Positions 1-15,623 are shown, counted from the first letter of the stretch. The stretch: DNA of 64,000 nt from the human T2T-CHM13v2.0 reference genome, Homo sapiens (GCF_009914755.1 NC_060925.1); one strand, 5' to 3'. The notes: generated by a model from the letters alone, not told the origin. Program-made: numbers and translations.

Positions 1-300
1 GCTGACTTTGAAGCTGCCAAGCAACACAGCATTTTATAAAGCAAAACATTTTTATTGGTTTACTGATACTGGGTAGAGTTCATATTCTAGTGTAATATTC
101 AACATGAATAATAAATGAAAGAATGAAAGATAAGTAGAAAGTGATATACAAATGCTTATTATTGGTAAATTACTATTGGATATAATTATGCAATAATTTT
201 AAAGCTATAAATAACAGGACAAATATATTTAGAGACAAAGAAAAAAGAATCTTAAAAAAAATGTTTAATGTTCAATGAAGTTGATAAATTATTTATTTAC

Positions 301-367
301 CTGAATCGCTTGCTGCAACAACTGTTCCACCAGGAGCAAAAGGATCATTGTGCTTCAACGTTTCTAC
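301..367 (-). CDS. EPS15: EPS15 exon ~21 (67 nt, VETLKHNDPFAPGGTVVAASDS)
   Basis: Acceptor TTTAG|GTA, donor CAG|GTAAAT; phase 0-1. Confidence 0.96.
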
Positions 368-789
368 CTAAACAAAGCATACAAAACCATGAATGAGAGA
401 GGCAACACTTCACAGCTGAAACCTCATCACCACTCCAAAGAATATATTCTTTACAAATTCTTAATTAATTAAGGAATATAGACATTAGGAACAAATGTTT
501 CCCCATAGTGATCTGCAATCTTACTAACTGGAAATAATACATATTATTTTCTAATCTTAACTGTGAAATATAACATCTATTCAGAAAAGTACATGAAACA
601 GATCTATGGTTTAACAAGTAAGTATCAAGTGAACACTTGTGTAGTCATCTCCCAGGAAACTGCCAATACCTCAGAAGTCTTCATGTGTCCCTCTATAATC
701 ACAATCCTGACTTTGGTGATATTCGTTTATTTTTTTCTTCATAATCTTGCTAGTTGTATAGATGTACACTGTTTTAACTTTTTACTTAT

Positions 790-1071
790 TTTTTAGAGAC
801 AGGGTCTTGCTCTGTCACCCCAGCTGGAATGCAGTGGTGTGATCACAGCTTACTGTAACCTCAAACTCCTGGGCTCAAGTGATCCTCCTGCCTCTCTCCT
901 GCCTTAGCCTCCTGAATAGCTGGGACCGCAGGTGTATGCCACCATACCTGGGTAATTTTTGTTATTATTTGTATAGATAGGGTCTTGCTATGTTTTCCTC
1001 AAATCCTGGCCTCAAGAAATCCTCCCACCTTGGCCTCTGAAAGCACTGGGATTTTAGGTGGCAGCCACCAC
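790..1071 (-). mobile_element. Alu (old, AluJ-like)
   Basis: Reverse Alu consensus gagacagggtcttgctctgtcacc...gcagccaccac. Confidence 0.85.
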
Positions 1072-1074
1072 TAA

Positions 1075-1300
1075 CCTTTTATCTTGGAATAATTTACATT
1101 TACATAAGAGTTGTAAAGATAGTACAGAGTTCCCATGCACTTTTCACCCAGTTTCCCCTAATGTTAATATCTCACATAATTATAGTACATCTATTAAAAC
1201 TAAGAACACTGGTACAAAACTATAAACCATAGATTTTATTAGATTTCACCAGTTTTTCCATTAATGTCCTTTTTCGATTCCAGAATATCATTTTACGTTT
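1075..1300 (-). mobile_element. L1MC-like 3' fragment
   Basis: Similar to the reverse of the L1MC-like tail at 60640-60860. Confidence 0.55.
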
Positions 1301-1420
1301 AGAATGCACACACTATTTTAATTCTCAAATATCCTAGTACTTAATATCATAAAATGTTACATTTCTATTTTCTAATTGTTATCTAAAAATCATTCTGCAT
1401 TCTGACCCTCAGAGAGAAAA

Positions 1421-1468
1421 CACATATACACACATACACACATACACACACACACACACATATACACA
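1421..1468. repeat. (CA)n/(CATA) microsatellite
   Basis: Direct reading. Confidence 0.9.
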
Positions 1469-2216
1469 AAGATAGCTTTTTGCTAAGATCCTGCTTTCAA
1501 CAATAAGCTATGTAAAAGTCTGGGATCAAGAGCAACTGATCTTGCTAAAGGTGAGGATGTTACCAGATGCCAGCGATTCTGGCTTTTAACTGTCTTCCTA
1601 CTTTATACTTTAGTTTTTAATCATAGTCAAACAAATTGTATATCTAGGAAGATAACTGAGTTTCCTCTTTCTGGCACCAGGCTCTTTTTAAGGGGCTAGA
1701 TGAAAGACTTGGCAAACAGGTAAAAAGAGTGTGAAAAGAGTTTCTGAACATTTATATGCAACTCTGATGCATGATTATCAATGTCATTTGTATTACAGAC
1801 TCTATTTCCAATTATCAAGAAGTTGGATATTACAAATAAATGTCAAATAATACTGCCAGAGCTAATGTATAAATCTCCAAGTTAAAAAAATTAATTGTAG
1901 AGAAAGGTAATGTTAACTGGGACTAACCTTCTCTCTTTATAAAAGAGAGTCCATTAAAACTACTAGCAGAAAGAATTAATACTAATGAAGTTTTTAGAAA
2001 TGAAAACTATGAATGATAAAAAGTAATGATAGTATTAACTGAGGCCAATTATACTATTATACAACTAGCACACTAACTTAGATATCTGCAGAATAAACAG
2101 CAATTAAAGAAAAACTTAAACTGGTCTATATAGCGAGATAACTTTCCATGTTTCCTAATATGATAGTCATAACTCCAGTGTAAGAGAAGGTCACTGACAT
2201 AACAAGTCACCAAGTA

Positions 2217-2429
2217 CAGGCTGAGCATCCTTATCTGAAATGCTTGGGACAAAAAGTATTTTGGATGTTGGGTTTTTTTTCAGATTTTGGAATATTTGTG
2301 TTATACTTACCAAGTGAACATCCATAATCTGAAAACGTGAAATGCTCCAAAGTCTGAAACCTTTTGAGTGCTGACATGATACTCAGGAAATGCTCACTGG
2401 CACATTTCGGATTTGGGGTGCTCAACCTG
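2217..2429. mobile_element. Tigger4a/MER46-type DNA transposon (MITE)
   Basis: TIRs CAGGCTGAGCATCC / GGTGCTCAACCTG flanked by TA TSD. Confidence 0.85.
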
Positions 2430-2800
2430 TATTATTACTTCTTCTCTTTGAGAGAAGAAAAAACTAACAGGCTGTGTTTTAAACAACAGCTTGCAGATTT
2501 GATTTGCCATCACAAGGAGAAAGGGAAAGGGCATAACCACATGTGTGTCAGGTTTAGTTTCTAGTCCTTCATCATATACTGTGCAACCACCCTAAAAGGC
2601 CATCAGGATAGCAGGGGGAACAGGATAGATTGTGCAGCCCATGAAGGAATAAGGGGCCACAAAACTCTATGTCAGTTTGATAATTGGGGAGTTTAGCAGG
2701 GCAATTTTTTAAAAATTTCCAGATTGTATTGGTGAAAATCTTAGATTTTGGCTTGAGTCAAGTTCTACCAGTTACTAACTTACTACCAACTTAATCTATC

Positions 2801-3099
2801 TTTTTTTTTTTTTAAATTGAGACAAGATCTCACTCTGTCACCCAAGCTGGAGTGCTGTGGTACAATCATGGCTCACTGCTGCCTTGACTTCCTGAGCTCA
2901 CACAATCCTACCACCTCAGTCTCTCGAGTAGCTGGGATTACAGGTGCATGCTATTACACCTCTAATATTTTAATTTTTTTGTAGAGACAGTGTCTCACTT
3001 TGTTGCCCAGGCTGGTTGTGAACTACTTGCCTCAAGTGATCCTCCTGCCTTGGCCTCCTGAAGTGCTGGAATTAGAGGTGGGAGCCACCACACCTGGCC
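2801..3099 (-). mobile_element. Alu (AluJ-like)
   Basis: polyT plus reverse Alu body. Confidence 0.88.
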
Positions 3100-3946
3100 T
3101 CAACTTAACCTACGTAAACCTCATAGGATTACTGTGAAAAGTAAATGAGACAATGCATATAAAGAGCTTGGCACCATCCCTGGCACACAGAGGAAATTAG
3201 ATAAACTGCAGCTATTATTATATTGCCAATCTGGTTTTTTGTTTTGAATGGTGAAATTACAAGCTGTAAAGCAAGGACAATATTCCTTTAGAAAACTGGG
3301 AATAAAAGTCAGTAAAACAAATGGTAGAAAAATCTCATGGGGGACAGGACAAGAGGAATGTATTCATTTTTAAATTAGAAGAGCTAATTTAGCTTTCTTG
3401 CTCTTTAGATGATAGGAGAATGAGAGGCTAGAATAAGAAGGTGAGAGGAGAAGAATTCCAGTAGCAGCAATTTTAGAAGAATTTGGCAAATGGGTCCACA
3501 TTGCAAACTAAGTGCTATAGGAAAACAGAGTATCCAGCAGCCCAGGGAAACGAAAAATATTCAGTCACAAAGGTATCTGTCCAGTTTTTATTCAATGGAA
3601 AACACCAGTTCTTAGCCAAGCAGCTCTTTACTGAATACAAAAAAGAAGCAACTTTCAATAATACAAAACCTATTATCTTTAAAATAATCAATTACATTTT
3701 AAAGGAAATATTCTTAATCTAATAGTACTAGAAGACAAATTTTTTGCTTCAAATGCTTCTCAGTTAACTGGTCCTTTATAGGTTCAGTTTACCTACAGAC
3801 ATGAAACTGTGGTCTCAAAAACGAAGTCTCAAAATACAAATTAAAAAGCAAAACCAAAAACCTGCAAAACCATTCCTAACTATTGAAATTGGGTAATGGA
3901 TGCATGGAAGCTTGTTAAAATATTTCATTACATTATTCTCCTTTGA

Positions 3947-4272
<326 letters not shown>

Positions 4273-4951
4273 ATGAAGATTTTTTTAAAGCCTCCAGATA
4301 AAACAGCAACTAGCTATAGGACCTTAAACATGTTAATTTTTCTAAGTCCCAGTGTCCTCATTTTTAAAATAGGGATATCAACACCTACTTTGCAAAATTG
4401 ATGTGAAGATTAGAAACAATGAATGTAAAGCACACACCAGTACCTGGATCAGGCATGTGGTTATTAAACAGTGATTGCTGTAGGTATGTACATTCTCAAG
4501 AGAGCTTGACATTTAGTGAGAATTTGTACTTTGCAGAATTAACATTCCAGATGTGTCTATGAAATAACATAAACGATTTTATTTTTCTAAAATTCTTTTA
4601 ATTTTCATTATTTCAATAATATACCAAACATTTCAGAAAAGTTTTATGTAAGATTGGCTTATAAATTTCCAATCATTTTTAGTATCCTCAATAGGATAAG
4701 ATTTAGTCTCTTGAAAGATGAACATCACTTTTGGACTCCGTTCAGTCATTCCAGTTAATTCCAGTGGGTAATCAAACTATGAAATACCAGTCTGAACCAA
4801 AAACTAAATGAATTGGGATGAGACTGAAATTCTTATATGGTCCATTAGAAGTAATCTAAATGAGGGTTCTTTCATCACTATGTATTTCAAGAAACTTGCT
4901 TAGGACACTTATTATCCATTTAACTTAACAGTTTTTAATTCTCCCACTTAC

Positions 4952-5085
4952 CGATGTAATACTGCTATTGTTGGCTGCACTGAAAGGGTCAGTGCTTGAA
5001 GTGGCAAAAGGATCAGTAGATTGCCTGAAGAAACAGTCTGATGCAAATGGATCTGAACCTTTGAAAGGATCACCACCAAATGGAT
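4952..5085 (-). CDS. EPS15: EPS15 exon ~20 (134 nt, (D)PFGGDPFKGSDPF...NNSSITS)
   Basis: Acceptor TTTTTAG|AT, donor TCG|GTAAGT; phase 1-0; five DPF motifs. Confidence 0.97.
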
Positions 5086-5188
5086 CTAAAAAAATAAGGC
5101 ACGAATATAAGAGACAAAAAAAAATTATTGCACTAAATTTCCCATCACTTGAAGGTATGATCAGTGCCTTAATTAAAAGACAGTCTGG

Positions 5189-5790
5189 GGCCAGGTGCAG
5201 TGGCTCACGTCTGCATTCCCACCACTTTGGGAGGCTGAGACAGGCAGATCACTTGAGGTCAGGAGTTCAAGACCAGCCTGCCCAACATGTCAAAACCTCC
5301 TCTCTACTAAAAAACACAAAAATTAGCCAGGCATGGTGGTGCGCACCTATAGTCCCAGCTACTCGGGAGGCTGAGGTGGGAGACTCACTTGAACCTGTGA
5401 GGCAGAGGCTGCAGTGAGCAAAGATCTGCCACTGCACTCCAGCCTGGGTGACAGTGAGACCCTGTCTCAAAAACAAACAAACAAAAAGACAGTTTGGGCC
5501 AGGTGCAGTGGCTCACACCTGTAATTCCAGCACTTTGGGAGGTTGAGGTAGACGGATGACTTGAGCTCAGGAGTTTAAGACCGGCCTGGCTAACACAGTG
5601 AAACCCTGTCTCTACTAAAAATACAAAAATTAGCCAGGCGTGGTGGTGCGCGCCCGTAATCCTGGCTATTCGGGAGGCTGAGGCATGAGAATAATAGCTT
5701 GAGCATGGGAGGCGGAGGTTGCAGTGAGTCAAGACCGCACTACTTGTACTCTAGCCTGGGCAACAGAGCAAGACTGTCTCAAAAAAAAAA
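5189..5790 (+). mobile_element. Two tandem AluS elements (5189-5483, 5497-5790)
   Basis: Two full Alu bodies with a shared TSD present three times. Confidence 0.92.
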
Positions 5791-6329
5791 TCCAAAAAGA
5801 CAGTTTGAAATACTGTAGAATCTAAGCTGAGTACTTTTTATTTCACAGACTCCTTTGCAATTTTGATAAAAGATACAGAACCTTCCACCTAATAAACTTA
5901 TTTTTAAAATTAACATATAATTTCAAGGGATCCAATTTTAAGTCCCCTTATTCTACGCTACCGTAACTAAAGAAAACACAATAAAAACTTCTAAATGTAT
6001 TTTTCTCTCTGAGCTCAAAGCTAACAGCCAATAGTTTAGAACAGGTTTGGGATGCAAAACTAAATGGTAAACAAGATTTGCATTATTCTAATGAAAATTC
6101 CCAGAAAAAGAATATCTCAAAAAGCCTGATGTTTTAGTAATTCTTCAAGATTCTCTGCCTCTAATCACACGTGTGGGCTATAATCTTAGGAAAACAAAAT
6201 TACATTCTAAACCCTGAAGCAGTATAGATCATTATGCTCACCAAACCTTTAGTTAGTAAGGAGGAATCAGAATAAATATTTAAAGCACCAAAGTCTAAAC
6301 ACTAATGTCATTTTTAAAAAAGTAAAGCT

Positions 6330-6657
6330 ATCGGGCACAGTCGCTCACACCTGTCTGTAATCGCAGCACTTTGGGAGGCTGAGGCAGGAGGACTGCTTGA
6401 GCCCAGGAGTTCGAGACCAACCTCGGCAACACAGTGAGACCCTGTCTCTACAAAAAATAAAAAAAAATCAGTCAAGTATGCTGGCATGAGCCTGTAGACC
6501 TAGGTACTCAGGAGGCTGAGGCAGGAGGATTGCTTGAGCCCAGGAAGTCAAGGCTGCAGTGAGCCATGATCACACCACTGCATTCCAGCCTGGGTGACAG
6601 AATAAGACCCTGTCTCAAAAACAAAAAACACCAAAAAAAAAAAAAAAAAAAAAAAAG
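6330..6657 (+). mobile_element. Alu (AluJ-like)
   Basis: Alu body plus A tail. Confidence 0.88.
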
Positions 6658-6838
6658 AAGAAGTAAAAGTAAAGCAACAATTCATTAAGCAAAATCAAAA
6701 GAATTTACTACTCTCTTTCTGAAAATGCCAGGCACATAGAGCATCTTACTGGGGCTTCAGTTTCAGACCTAAATAACATAAGCTTATTATTAAGCAGAAA
6801 TGAATGAAAGCTAAGATGAAACTCAATAAGATACTGAC

Positions 6839-6874
6839 CGATTTTTCCAAAAGGATCATCCTTGAAAGGATCAC
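6839..6874 (-). CDS. EPS15: EPS15 exon ~19 (36-nt small exon, (S)DPFKDDPFGKI)
   Basis: Acceptor TCACAG|GT, donor TCG|GTCAGT; phase 1-1; visible in ORF 6708..6911. Confidence 0.95.
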
Positions 6875-7214
6875 CTGTGATAAAATAAACACAAAGAAAT
6901 CCAAATAACAATATTTACTGTGGTGACACCACTACTTAAAGAGTAACTTTCAAACAAAAGCAAAGCAAAGTTTATTTCAATAACTTCACTTCACAGTAGA
7001 TAAAATAAGGAATGTCATTGACCTTATGAAATATACAGCCAACTATACTTACCTTGATCACAAGTTGAGGTTACGGATGGAGGGGAAGACATTACAGCAA
7101 AAATTTTACTAACAAAATCTCTACTCTCCACAAGAGTACTGGGAGGGTATTATCATCACCAGTTCAGAAATAAAGGTACTGAGCTTTACTGAAGCAAAAA
7201 AAAAAAAATTCTTA

Positions 7215-7640
7215 CAGGATTGAAGAGTCCAGAAATAAATCCTTACCTTTATGGTCATTTGATTTTTGACAAGCGTATCAAGAACACAAAATGGAGAAAG
7301 GACAGTCTTTTCAACAAATGGTGTTAGGACAACTGGATATCCACTTGCAAAAGAATGAAGCTCGACCTCTATCTCACATCATATACAAAAATAAACTCAA
7401 AATGGATCAAAGATCTAACTGTAACAGCAAAACTATAAAACTCTTAGACAAAGACAGCATTAAATCTTTGCGACTTAGGTAATAGTTTCTTAGATGACAC
7501 CAAAAGCACAAGTGACAGAAGAAAAAATAGATAACTGGACTTCACCAAAATTGAATAAACACTTTTCCAAAGAAGATACACAAATGGCTAATAAGCATCT
7601 AGAAAGATGTTCAACATTAGTCAGTAGGAAAATACAAAGC
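7215..7640 (+). mobile_element. Old L1 (L1M) ORF2 fragment
   Basis: gacagtcttttcaacaaatggtg...aaaatggatcaaaga L1 ORF2 motifs. Confidence 0.8.
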
Positions 7641-7641
7641 A

Positions 7642-8351
<710 letters not shown>

Positions 8352-8355
8352 TTAC

Positions 8356-8446
8356 TGCCAACAAAAGGATCAGACTGGAAAAAATCCAAGTTTGTATCTG
8401 CAACTGGACCTGTCAGCGAACTTGAGTCTACATTAAATGGATCTTC
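8356..8446 (-). CDS. EPS15: EPS15 exon ~18 (91 nt, EDPFNVDSSS...SDPFVG; DPF region)
   Basis: Acceptor TTTTTAG|GAA, donor GCA|GTAAGT; phase 0-1. Confidence 0.96.
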
Positions 8447-8562
8447 CTAAAAATAATTTTAAATTAAAATTATTTTTTAGAAACCAAAGTTTTAAAAGGT
8501 AACATTTTAAAATAAAATAACACACATTCAGGTCATACACATGCTTTGAAAAATCAACTGAT

Positions 8563-8875
<313 letters not shown>

Positions 8876-9004
8876 TCATAAAGCACCTTTAACACATTTT
8901 TCTCTTTCCTTCACCTTAACATATTTTTCTCTTTCCTTCACCTAAAATAGTGTATAATTCATCTGAGGAAAACAGTGATAAGGACATTTTTTTAAAATAT
9001 CATT

Positions 9005-9320
9005 TAATTTTTAGAGATTAGGTCCCTCTATGTTGCCTAGTGCCTCCAACTCAGGCTCAAGCAATCCACCTACTTCACCTCCTGAGTAGCTGGGACTACA
9101 GGCACTTGCCACCACATCCAGCTATTAAGAACATTTATTTATTTTATATGTATAAATTCAAGGGGCACAAGTGGAATTTTGTTACATGGCTATATTGCCT
9201 AAAGGTGAAGTCGGGGCTTTTGATGTATCTATCATCTGAATAATGTATATTGTACCCATTAAGTAATGTCTGATAATTCACCTCCTCCTGTCCTTCCACC
9301 CTTACAAGTCCCCAATGTAA
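9005..9320 (-). mobile_element. Alu monomer fragment plus L1 3' end
   Basis: Alu motif to ~9122, then L1MA-like tail. Confidence 0.65.
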
Positions 9321-9339
9321 ATATAAAATCATTTTTTAC

Positions 9340-9453
9340 CTCTTTTGAATGTCTATTATTGTCGAGTTCAGAACAAACTTTTTCAGTAACAGCTGTAGTC
9401 ACCTCATTTTCATCAGTCACACCAGAAGGCAGTAGTTCAGGACTACTTCTTGC
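9340..9453 (-). CDS. EPS15: EPS15 exon ~17 (114 nt, ARSSPELLPS...NRHSKE)
   Basis: Acceptor TTTGTAG|GCA, donor GAG|GTAAAA; phase 0-0. Confidence 0.96.
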
Positions 9454-9986
9454 CTACAAAATATTAATGCAAGTAGATTAACAATATACTTTTTGATATG
9501 GCAGAGAAAACTGACTAAAGATAACCAAAAACTATTTAAAAATAAAAAAAGACAAGCAGAATGTATTCATCAAATAACTTCTCCTTCTATAATCTTTTTT
9601 AGGGAAATGGTGTCATCAAGCATCAAAGTCACTCATGTCAGAAACCTTCAGGTCATCTTTAATCCTCAGAATATGACTCCAAGTCTTGCTCAGTCTACCT
9701 CTTACCTCTTTTTCAAATCCTTGCCTTCTTCTCCATCCTCACTGTCACTATCAATCACTTATAGTACTATCATCTTTGGTTCCAATTACTATAGCAGTCT
9801 TCCTTCCAACTGCTTTCCTGCCTCCAATACATGTATTTCCAATCTCTTCTCCTTATTGTAGCCAAACTAATAGCTCTAAAATGTGGATGTGATCGTGACC
9901 CTTCTGGTTAAAAGTCCTTCAATGGCTTCCCATTGTCTTCTTCATTTAGACGAGTGGGTGAAAGACTTAAGAAGTAGTAGGGGCAG

Positions 9987-10345
<359 letters not shown>

Positions 10346-11289
10346 TTATCTATTTGCAGGATAACCTAGTAATCTGCCTTTTGCGCTTGAAAGAATATTT
10401 TATAATGCATACATGACTGCACTGTGTAAATAAAATCGAGTCTGTTAACTTTTCACTTTTAATACCTCTCAAACTTCTATTCTTCTCATTATCCCTTCTA
10501 CGGGTACAGTCTCACTCTCTAATCCGTTTTCCACATTTCTAAAAGTTAATCACGTCACTTCTTGCTTAAAATTCTTCAATGGCTGTTCATTGCAGTAGGA
10601 TAAATCCCCCAATGCTTTAAGATGAATCTAAATTTCTCATCTTCTGGCACTTTCTGACCTAAAATTGGTCATTTTTATCCAGGTGCACATGACAATCACC
10701 CATAGAGTGTGTTTTTAAAATATACATATCTGGCTCTATCCCAGAAACTAGTTCAGCAAGTTTGGGGAAAGGGATACACATTTATACTTTGACAATCACC
10801 AGAGGTAATGCAGATGCCTACTAGAAGCGCCTCATCTCTTACCAATACCCTCTCCACCATCACAAGATATCCTTCAGAACTTCTCAAGATTCTGTGCTGC
10901 ATGTATTCTTCCACCTTGTACCTATACTAATACTGTTTTCTCTGGCAGGAATGTATCCTCCTCTTCTTTGCTTAACCACTTCTCACTTGTCTAAACTCGC
11001 AAAGCTTTCCCCAACAAAATCTTTATGAACCCCCTCCAAACTGTCCTAACTGAAAATTCTGCGCTTCCTTTAGCACAGCCCTTTAACACAGTGTTACACT
11101 ACTACACTGTAGGCTGCTTGAAGGAAAGACTGAGGTCTCTTGTCTCTGTAGCTCTTATATTATGTAATACAGCACTCTTGCACATAGTTGGTACTCGTCA
11201 AATAATTGGTAAATGAATGTCCTTAACACTACGTAATAAAAATAATTTTAGCTTTTGGTGAGGGTACTTAAAAAAAAAGTTTTACTCTA

Positions 11290-11633
<344 letters not shown>

Positions 11634-11829
11634 TTAGCTAAAGTTATCTTTTTATACTAGTTAAAACGTACAATTGTTTGGATTAGGACTCACTCTCTGC
11701 TTCTAAAAAGGAAATCTCAATTGTCCTCAGATGAGGCAAGGCCATGTATTTATATTAGATATAATGTCAGTGAAACTTGGATCTGCACAAGGAGGTTGAT
11801 TATGAAGGTTATGAAAGTATTAGACTCAC

Positions 11830-12033
11830 TGGAGATTCCTGGTGTATGGGCTCAGACTCTAGGTTGCTCTGGCCTTCAACATGTTCATTAAGGTTGGCTG
11901 TTTCACTGCTGCTGGTGCTGAGGCTGCAATAATCTGTAGCTCCGTTTACAAGAATGCTGTGTGGGCTACTGCACCAATTTAACTGACTATTATGATTTTC
12001 CAAATCTTTCATTTCCATCAGTTTCATTTGCAT
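11830..12033 (-). CDS. EPS15: EPS15 exon ~16 (204 nt, MQMKLMEMKD...IHQESP)
   Basis: Acceptor TGGCAG|ATG, donor CCA|GTGAGT; phase 0-0; ORF 11809..12045. Confidence 0.97.
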
Positions 12034-12118
12034 CTGCCAACACAAAGAAGAAATATAGAACAGAATTTATTACTAGAAAGACATGTAACATAAAAACGCC
12101 CTCCTCCACTTCCTGACG

Positions 12119-12415
12119 GGCTAGGTGTGGTAGCTCATGCCTATAATCTCAACACTTTGGGAAACTGAGGCAGGAGGACTGCTTCAGCCCAGGAGTTCAA
12201 GACCAGCCTGAGCAACACGGTGAAACCTCATTTCTACAAGAAATATAAAAATTAGCTGGGCATGATGGAGTGCACCTGTAGTCCCAGCTACTCAGAAGGC
12301 TGAGATGGGAGGATCACTTGAGCCCAGAGGTCAAGGCTGCAGTGAGCCATGATCACACCACTGCACTCGAGTGACAGAATGAGACCCTGTCTCAAAAAAA
12401 TAAATAAAATAAAAA
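12119..12415 (+). mobile_element. Alu (AluJ-like)
   Basis: Alu body. Confidence 0.87.
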
Positions 12416-13116
12416 TGGCTATACCTGTAGACTTGGTCTAGGATACATTTGCTTCCTTTAAGAAGAATCCTCTGGGAATGCTACGTGACTTAGAGAAAAG
12501 ATTCAGTAATTTCTGACAATAAGTATTTCTCTCTTGAAATTTTAGTATACATGGATTTTTTTTTTAAAGAGATTCAAAAAAAGAAAATACTTTAAAGAAT
12601 ACCCATTCATCTGGTAGCATTCTCACTACAACAACTCTTTCAGGTTACCTGTTTATTGAGTACCTACACTGGGACAAGAACTGTGCTAAATGATACGGAT
12701 TTTTAAAAATGTGTAAGTTCCCAGACCAAAACCATGACTCTGCTAGGGGAGACAGACATATAAGCAAATATGCAGGGAAAAATCTTATTATTGCTGTAAC
12801 ATAAATACAAAGTCCAACAAAAGCAGGATGCAGAAAATACCATAAAGAAATAAGAATTTAAGGTATATCTTGCATGACGAATGAGTAGGTAGGTACTCAG
12901 CTGCCAGATAACAGGGGGTAAGGAAGCGCAAAAGTGAAGGACTTCATTATATGTAATAACTGAGCACACTGGACTGGGTTTTAGAAGAACTGGATTTTAG
13001 ATGTAGCTCTTTTCAAGGATATGTAACCTTGAGAAAGTTACTTGAACTTCCTTGGCTTTAGTTTGTTCAAATTCATAATGAAAGAAATCAACTCCATGAT
13101 CTCTGTGTTTCTATCC

Positions 13117-13425
13117 TTTTTTTTTTAGTTTTTATTTTTTGAGACAGATTCTCACTCTGTTGCCCAGGGTGGAGTGCAGTGGTGTGATCTGAGCTCACTG
13201 CAACCTCTGCCTCCCAGGCTCAAGTGATTCTCGTGCCTCAGCCTCCCAAGTAGCTGGAATTACAGGCAGGTACCACCATGCCCAGTTAATTTTTGTACCT
13301 TTTAGTAGAAACAGAGTTTGGCCATGTTGGCAGGGCTGGTCTCGAACTCCCGGCCTCAAGTGATCCATTGCCTCAGCCTCCCAAAGTGCTGGGATTACAG
13401 GCATGGGCCACCACCATGCCGAGCC
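13117..13425 (-). mobile_element. AluS
   Basis: Reverse Alu body. Confidence 0.87.
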
Positions 13426-13634
13426 CTAACTATCTTATCATTCATTAAAACATTAGTCTTCATGTAGGGAAACCTGGAAATAAAGCAAAGGATCTATACA
13501 TAAGACCAACTATAACACTGCAAATTTATCTACAGAAGGAACAATTTCCTTAAGAAAAAAGTTTCCAAATTAGCAAATGTGAATTCAAAATTAGAATCAC
13601 AAAACAGAAGAAACTAGGTTATTGTTTATAAAAC

Positions 13635-13860
13635 AGGCAACACTTATGGAGCATTTATGTACCAAGCACCATGCTAAAATGTCTTACAGGTTTTGCCTCA
13701 TTAATCCTCACAGTGGCCCTAAGGGGTAGGGTATTTATTAATCCTCCAATTTTGAAGATGAAGAATCTGATACTAAGGTGATTTAGCTAGTAAGTGGCAC
13801 ACCAGTACTTAAACCTAGACCATCTAGCCACAAAGCCCACACTCTTAATCACTACTCCAA
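13635..13860. mobile_element. MIR
   Basis: MIR core: attttgaagatgaagaatctga...ctagtaagtggca. Confidence 0.65.
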
Positions 13861-14059
13861 TGATAATCATCAGATAGATATACAAGATGTATGATAGTTT
13901 CAATATATAACAGGTGACAAAAAAACCTATTGTATAAAATGACTGAAAAATGAACAGTAAACTAGGCAAGAGGTTGAAGGAGCAGAAGTTGGAAAGTATA
14001 ACTGACTAAAGGACACAGAGGATCCATTTGAATATATTTCTTGCTTTACAAAGACTTAC

Positions 14060-14257
14060 TGAACTAATTTCCTGTTGTGAATCTTGTAGGTGCTGCTGAA
14101 GAGGTTCCAACTGAGCCTTCCCTGACTCTACACTCTCCTCCAATTCTGCTGTTTCTTGCTGTAGACGGCTCAGCTCTTCTCTAGCTTTTGCCAATTCTTC
14201 TTCATAAGTGGAGATCTGCGATTCCTGACTAGTTAATTCAGCTTTCAGAGAAGAGAT
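14060..14257 (-). CDS. EPS15: EPS15 exon ~15 (198 nt, ISSLKAELTSQ...SQQEISS; coiled coil)
   Basis: Acceptor ATTATAG|ATC, donor TCA|GTAAGT; phase 0-0; ORF 14006..14194. Confidence 0.97.
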
Positions 14258-14394
14258 CTATAATGTGAAAGTGAATGAGAAGAAATGGGGATTAAAAGAA
14301 GAGATGTCATTAAAATGTTCCAAAATGCAATACATTTATTTGTTTAGTTTACTATTTTGGTGTTTTTTTTGACAGCAATAGCAAATAATTTATT

Positions 14395-15148
<754 letters not shown>

Positions 15149-15461
15149 AATTATGATGTTTTTTGATGTATGGTTTTCGTAAAGAAGGGTAACTGGGGGA
15201 GGGACAGAGGAGAGTTGAAGGTATAGGCACCATATTTCCAACAAAAATTTGGAAAAACAGTTCATTAACTGCCCTTCTATTTCCTCTAAAGAAGGCCTGT
15301 AATTTCTGGATGAACCTTGCTCCATCGCCCCCATGAACCCAAATGCTGACTGGATTGCCAACCACCACCATCAATAACAAAAAGTAGAGAATGTTTTCAT
15401 CTTAAGCCAGGAAAAGCAACTAATGTATAGGTGCAGGCAGCAGGAAACAGCCAGACATTAC

Positions 15462-15623
15462 CAGTTGGGCCTCCTCAGCACATTTCTTTCTGACTTCCTT
15501 GAGTTGCTCCTCCAGCTGGGCTTTCTGCTCATCCAGTTCATCAAGGAGTTCCTGTACCTGCTGTTTCTGGGCCTGTAGTTTTTGCAGATTAGTATTCTCC
15601 CTTTGAACTTCATCTTGAAGATC
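15462..15623 (-). CDS. EPS15: EPS15 exon ~14 (162 nt, DLQDEVQREN...AEEAQL; coiled coil)
   Basis: Acceptor ATTTTAG|GAT, donor CTG|GTAATG; phase 0-0. Confidence 0.97.

Noticed and set aside
360-369. Second AG 4 nt inside the exon 21 acceptor (TAG GTAG)
   Set aside because: Would frameshift; the first AG reproduces the known protein
4968-5417. 149-aa plus-strand ORF
   Set aside because: Antisense shadow of exon 20 running into an Alu; non-ATG start; no independent coding evidence
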